A stretch of 64,000 bases of DNA from Trinickia sp. (GTDB lineage: Bacteria > Pseudomonadota > Gammaproteobacteria > Burkholderiales > Burkholderiaceae). The number at the start of each line of letters is the position of its first letter. Position 1 is the stretch's first letter. Below, piece after piece: positions 60,159-64,000 of this stretch. Made by a program: the position numbers and the translations under genes. The stretch covers positions 14,035-78,034 of the forward strand of contig DATJJH010000177.1 of the NCBI GenBank assembly GCA_035492395.1. The letters are read 5' to 3'. The notes beneath the pieces are model-generated. The model was not told where the DNA came from, searched no databases, and saw only the letters and a program-made list of their open reading frames with translations.

Positions 60159-61082
60159 TTACGACGCGCACGCGGCGTTCGCTGCCTTGGCCAGCAGCGC
60201 GCGGCCTGCGCGCGAGGCGTTCTGGCGACCGATCGCCGACGAAATGAAATCGCCGATCGCGACGACCGCGTCCAGATCCACGCCCGTTTCGATCCCCAGC
60301 CCATTCATCAGATACAGCACGTCTTCCGTCGCGACGTTGCCCGTCGCGCCCTTGGCATAGGGGCAACCGCCGAGCCCGGCCACCGACGCGTGAAAAATCT
60401 CGATGCCTTCGAGCAGCGACGCGTAGATGTTGGCGAGCGCTTGCCCGTATGTGTCATGAAAATGCCCCGACAATTGTTCGCGCGGAAACACCTTCGTGAC
60501 GGCCGCGAACACTTCGCGCGTGCGCCCCGGCGTGCCGACGCCGATCGTATCGGCAATGTCGATTTCGTCGCACCCGAGCGCGGCCATGCGCTGGACGACG
60601 TCGACGACGGCCGGCACCGGCACATCTCCCTGATAGGGACACCCGAGCGCGCACGAAATGCTGGCGCGCAAGCGCATGCCGCTTTCCTTGGCGGCGCGCG
60701 CGACCGGTTCGAAGCGTGCAATGCTCTCGGCGATGCTGCAGTTGATGTTCTTTTGCGAAAACGCTTCGCTGGCCGCGCCGAAAATGACGATCTCGTCGGC
60801 CTTGGCGGCTACCGCGCCGTCGAACCCTTTCATGTTCGGGGTGAGCACCGAATAGACGGTGCCGGGGCGCCGCTCGATGCCGGCCATGACCTGCGCGCCG
60901 TCGGCCATTTGCGGCACCCACTTCGGCGAAACGAACGAAGCCGATTCGACGTTGCGAAACCCGGCAGCCGAAAGTCGATTCACGAGATCGATCTTGACCT
61001 CGGTCGATACGAACTGCTTTTCGTTTTGAAGCCCGTCACGCGGGCCGACTTCGACGATCTTGACTGCGCTCGGCAAAGACAT
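60159..61082 (-). CDS. Hydroxymethylglutaryl-CoA lyase
   Basis: EVGPRDGLQNE, HFHDTYGQ and GGCPYAKGATGNVATED motifs. Confidence 0.95.
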   Translation of the reverse strand: MSLPSAVKIVEVGPRDGLQNEKQFVSTEVKIDLVNRLSAAGFRNVESASFVSPKWVPQMADGAQVMAGIERRPGTVYSVLTPNMKGFDGAVAAKADEIVIFGAASEAFSQKNINCSIAESIARFEPVARAAKESGMRLRASISCALGCPYQGDVPVPAVVDVVQRMAALGCDEIDIADTIGVGTPGRTREVFAAVTKVFPREQLSGHFHDTYGQALANIYASLLEGIEIFHASVAGLGGCPYAKGATGNVATEDVLYLMNGLGIETGVDLDAVVAIGDFISSAIGRQNASRAGRALLAKAANAACAS

Positions 61083-61183
61083 GGCGTGTCTCCTCGATGA
61101 TATTCATTTGGAATGCTGAGCAAATCGGCTAGCGCCGCCGCGCGTGTGAAGGGACGCGTGCGGGCAAGCCGGGTTCGCTGGAA

Positions 61184-62140
61184 TCAGTAGCCGCGCTGGC
61201 GATCGACGATGCCGCCGATCGTCTCGCCGCGCGCAAGTGCTTCAATCTTACGCGCAATTTGCTCGACGGCTGGTTCGCGCAGGGTCAGCGCCGAGATGTG
61301 CGGCGTGATCGTCACGCGCGGCATGCGCCAGAACGGGTGATCGGCCGGCAGCGGCTCTTGCGCGAAGACGTCGAGCGTTGCCGCGGCGAGGCGGCCCGTG
61401 TTCAACGCGTCGATCAAATCGCCTTCGACGAGGTGGGCGCCGCGCGCGAGATTGACCAGGTAGCCTTGGGGCGCGAGCTGCGAAAACGTTCGAGCGTTGA
61501 GGATGCCGTCGGTTTCGGGCGTGCTCGGCAGGAGGTTGACGAGCAGCTTTAGCCCGCCGAGGAAGGCGTCGAACTCGCCTTCGCCCGCGAACGTCGCCAC
61601 GGCGGCGATTGCTTTGGGTGTGCGGCTGTAGCCGCGCACGGGCAGGCCGAAGGCCGCGAGCGTTTTGGCCACGTGCGCCCCGAGCGCGCCGAGCCCGAGC
61701 ACGCCGACATGGAACGATTCCCGCGGGTGCGGTTCGAGTGCGCGCCAAGGCGCCTCGTCGGCGCGCTGGCGTTGCGCAAGCTCGTATTCGTCGAAGCGGC
61801 GCATGTAGCGCAGCGCGGCGTGCACGGCGTATTCGGCCATCTGCTCGGCCATGCCGGTGTCTTCGAGCCGCACGAGCGGCACGTCGGCCGGCAGCATGCC
61901 GGGCGAGCGGCGCTCGTGGGCGAGCAGGGCGTCGACGCCGGCGCCGAGCACGAAAACCGCGCGCAAGCCGCGCGGCGGGGCGAGCAATTCGGCTGGCGGG
62001 CGCCAGACGATGGCGTAGTCGGCGGGGGCGACATCGCCGGGCGTCCAGAGACGCACGTCCGCGCCGGGCAAGGTACGCGTGAGCGACGCAATCCAAGCGG
62101 GCGCGTCGTCGGAGTGGGGCGAATAAAAAAGGATCTTCAT
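61184..62140 (-). CDS. ghrA: Glyoxylate/hydroxypyruvate reductase A
   Basis: GAGVD, GLGALG, NLARG, LDVF and TPHIS motifs. Confidence 0.85.
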   Translation of the reverse strand: MKILFYSPHSDDAPAWIASLTRTLPGADVRLWTPGDVAPADYAIVWRPPAELLAPPRGLRAVFVLGAGVDALLAHERRSPGMLPADVPLVRLEDTGMAEQMAEYAVHAALRYMRRFDEYELAQRQRADEAPWRALEPHPRESFHVGVLGLGALGAHVAKTLAAFGLPVRGYSRTPKAIAAVATFAGEGEFDAFLGGLKLLVNLLPSTPETDGILNARTFSQLAPQGYLVNLARGAHLVEGDLIDALNTGRLAAATLDVFAQEPLPADHPFWRMPRVTITPHISALTLREPAVEQIARKIEALARGETIGGIVDRQRGY

Positions 62141-62229
62141 GCAAAGGCGGGCGCCGATCGGGGGCGCCTCAGGTCGACGAACGATGGCCGATATTCTACG
62201 ACCTCGCCTTTGCAATGGGCCGAGCGAAG

Positions 62230-64000
62230 TCAGGCGAACGCGGTCACCGGTGTGAGCGCCGCCGGATCGGTGAAGCTCGGGCGTCCCGTTTCGATATGGC
62301 CCGCGACGCGCCGCACGAACGAACCGTCGTCGCCCGCGGTCACGGTCAAGTCGTACCAATGGTGGCTATCGGCGAGATGGCAGCAGGTATCGCGCTCGCC
62401 GTACGGCGGCAATTCGATTCGGCGCGCATGCGCGCCGTACGCGTTGTCGACGATGGTCAGGCTCACATGAGCGTGGCCGCGATTGACGAAGCGCAAGTAC
62501 AGATCGCCGTTGGCTACGTCGTAGCTCGTCTTGACCTCGGGGTGAGCGATTCGGCGTTCCGGTGAAGCGGCATCGAGCGCCACCTTGCCCGCGAACGCGC
62601 GAACGAAGCCGTTGGGCCCGTAGACCGTGTAGGCGTAGACGCCGCCCGTCACGTTCAGATCGAACGCTTCGCGCAGCGACTTGTTCGCCTCGACCGTATA
62701 GCGCCACGGACCGTCGGCGCGATGCTTGGCATAGACGTAAAAGTGCGCGCCTTGCTCGCCCGTGTTGTTGAAATGAACGGTGAGCTTCGCTTGCTCGGCG
62801 TCGACCTGAGCGTTGACGTGCAACTCGTACGGCAGCGCCCGCGCGCGGCGCACGCCGCTTTCCTGCGGGTCCACCGTGCCGGGCGTGGCGGGCACGCTGG
62901 GCGCGGGCAGCGTCGAGCATTGATTGTCGGCGATCGACTTGTAGTTGCTCGTATCGGGCAGCGGGGGCATCGTCGCATCGGGCGAGCGGAAGTCGAACGC
63001 GGACGTTAGATCGCCGCACACGGCGCGGCGCCACGGCGTGATGTTCGATTCCCGCACACCGAAGCGCGTTTCGATAAAGCGAATCACCGACGTGTGGTCG
63101 AACACCTGCGAGCAGACGTAGCCGCCTTTCGACCACGGCGAAACGATCGTCATCGGCACGCGCGGCCCGAGTCCGTAGGGCAGATTGTCGGCGGTGTAGT
63201 GACCGCCGCGGCCAGGATTGACGACGTTGTGGATTTCGCCTTCGGTCGTCACGGTCGAGAGGCCCTGCGCGCGTGAAGTCGGCGGCTGCGGCGGAACGAT
63301 GTGATCGAAATAGCCGTCGTTCTCGTCGTACATAATGAACAGAACGGTCTTGCTCCACACCTCGGGATTGGCCGTCAGCGCATCGAGGATTTGCGACGTG
63401 TACTCGGCGCCATAGGCGGGCGTGTACTTCGGGTGCTCGGAGTAGGCCGCCGGCGGCAGCAGCCACGACACCTGCGGCAGCTTGTTCGCGAGTACGTCGG
63501 CCTTGAGCTGGTCGAGCGAGCGGACTGTCATCGCGCGCTGCTGCAGTGCCGAGCCCTGCGGCGCGTTGATGTACTGCGAGAAGTTCATCAGGATGTTCGT
63601 GCCGTAGTTGCCGTTGAGCGGGTCTTGCCAGGTCAGCCCTTGCTGATAGACCTGCCACGAGATGCCGGCCGCTTGCAGGCGCTCGGGGAAGGTCGGCCAC
63701 GACAGCAATTGATAGGCGGGCGGCAGATCGTTGTCGACGTAGTCGTTGTTGTCGAGCAGCGGGCCGCCCATCGTCCCGGTCGGGTCGACAGTGCCCGTCA
63801 ACAGATATGAACGGTTCGGGTGCGTCGAGCCCGGAATCGAGCAGAAGTAGTTGTCGCAGACGGTGAACGCATCGGCGAGTGCATAGTGAAACGGAATGTC
63901 GGCGCGCAGGTAGTAGCCCATCGTCAGATCGGTCTTGTACGCGGGCCACATATCGTAGCGGCCGCCGTCGAAGGCGCTGTGCGTCGCGTACCACGAGTGG
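62230..64000 (-). CDS. Phosphocholine-specific phospholipase C (5' end beyond window)
   Basis: FTVCDNYFCS, THPNR, YDENDGYFDH and FDHTSV motifs plus C-terminal DUF756-like domains; frame is open to the window edge. Confidence 0.92.
   Translation of the reverse strand, partial: HSWYATHSAFDGGRYDMWPAYKTDLTMGYYLRADIPFHYALADAFTVCDNYFCSIPGSTHPNRSYLLTGTVDPTGTMGGPLLDNNDYVDNDLPPAYQLLSWPTFPERLQAAGISWQVYQQGLTWQDPLNGNYGTNILMNFSQYINAPQGSALQQRAMTVRSLDQLKADVLANKLPQVSWLLPPAAYSEHPKYTPAYGAEYTSQILDALTANPEVWSKTVLFIMYDENDGYFDHIVPPQPPTSRAQGLSTVTTEGEIHNVVNPGRGGHYTADNLPYGLGPRVPMTIVSPWSKGGYVCSQVFDHTSVIRFIETRFGVRESNITPWRRAVCGDLTSAFDFRSPDATMPPLPDTSNYKSIADNQCSTLPAPSVPATPGTVDPQESGVRRARALPYELHVNAQVDAEQAKLTVHFNNTGEQGAHFYVYAKHRADGPWRYTVEANKSLREAFDLNVTGGVYAYTVYGPNGFVRAFAGKVALDAASPERRIAHPEVKTSYDVANGDLYLRFVNRGHAHVSLTIVDNAYGAHARRIELPPYGERDTCCHLADSHHWYDLTVTAGDDGSFVRRVAGHIETGRPSFTDPAALTPVTAFA

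Overview
High-GC betaproteobacterial chromosome segment; gene content and order point to Burkholderiaceae (Trinickia/Paraburkholderia-like). The first ~19 kb is mostly conserved backbone: pxpBCA-DUF969-DUF979, 5-formyl-THF cyclo-ligase, slt, NDUFA9-like, GST, cca, MidA-like methyltransferase, SDR, folB, ttcA, glmU and glmS. Directly after glmS (the canonical attTn7 position) comes an accessory patch: a HipBA-like toxin-antitoxin pair with a duplicated palindromic operator, cheV, small secreted/stress proteins, an alkaline-phosphatase-family enzyme, TMEM175 and DUF305. The patch also holds the most interesting locus, a candidate new RiPP-type operon. It consists of a 23-aa ORF missing from the ORF track (26256-26327, MEDVSRYFEAPEVNPMPVKMGVW, strong RBS), a stem-loop, a HemN-like radical SAM enzyme, an MFS exporter and an orphan pyruvoyl SAM-decarboxylase (SpeD-like). 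The rest is metabolic and regulatory: MocR/cupin, nucleobase permease, three c-di-GMP enzymes, fused IOR, KirBac, LacI-AGE-PfkB, porin, IcmF, NMO, a fluoroacetate-dehalogenase-like hydrolase, Lrp/DMT, YbaK, HMG-CoA lyase, GhrA and a phospholipase C cut by the window end. No rRNA, tRNA, CRISPR array or transposase was seen. All family calls come from motif recognition by eye, not database searches.
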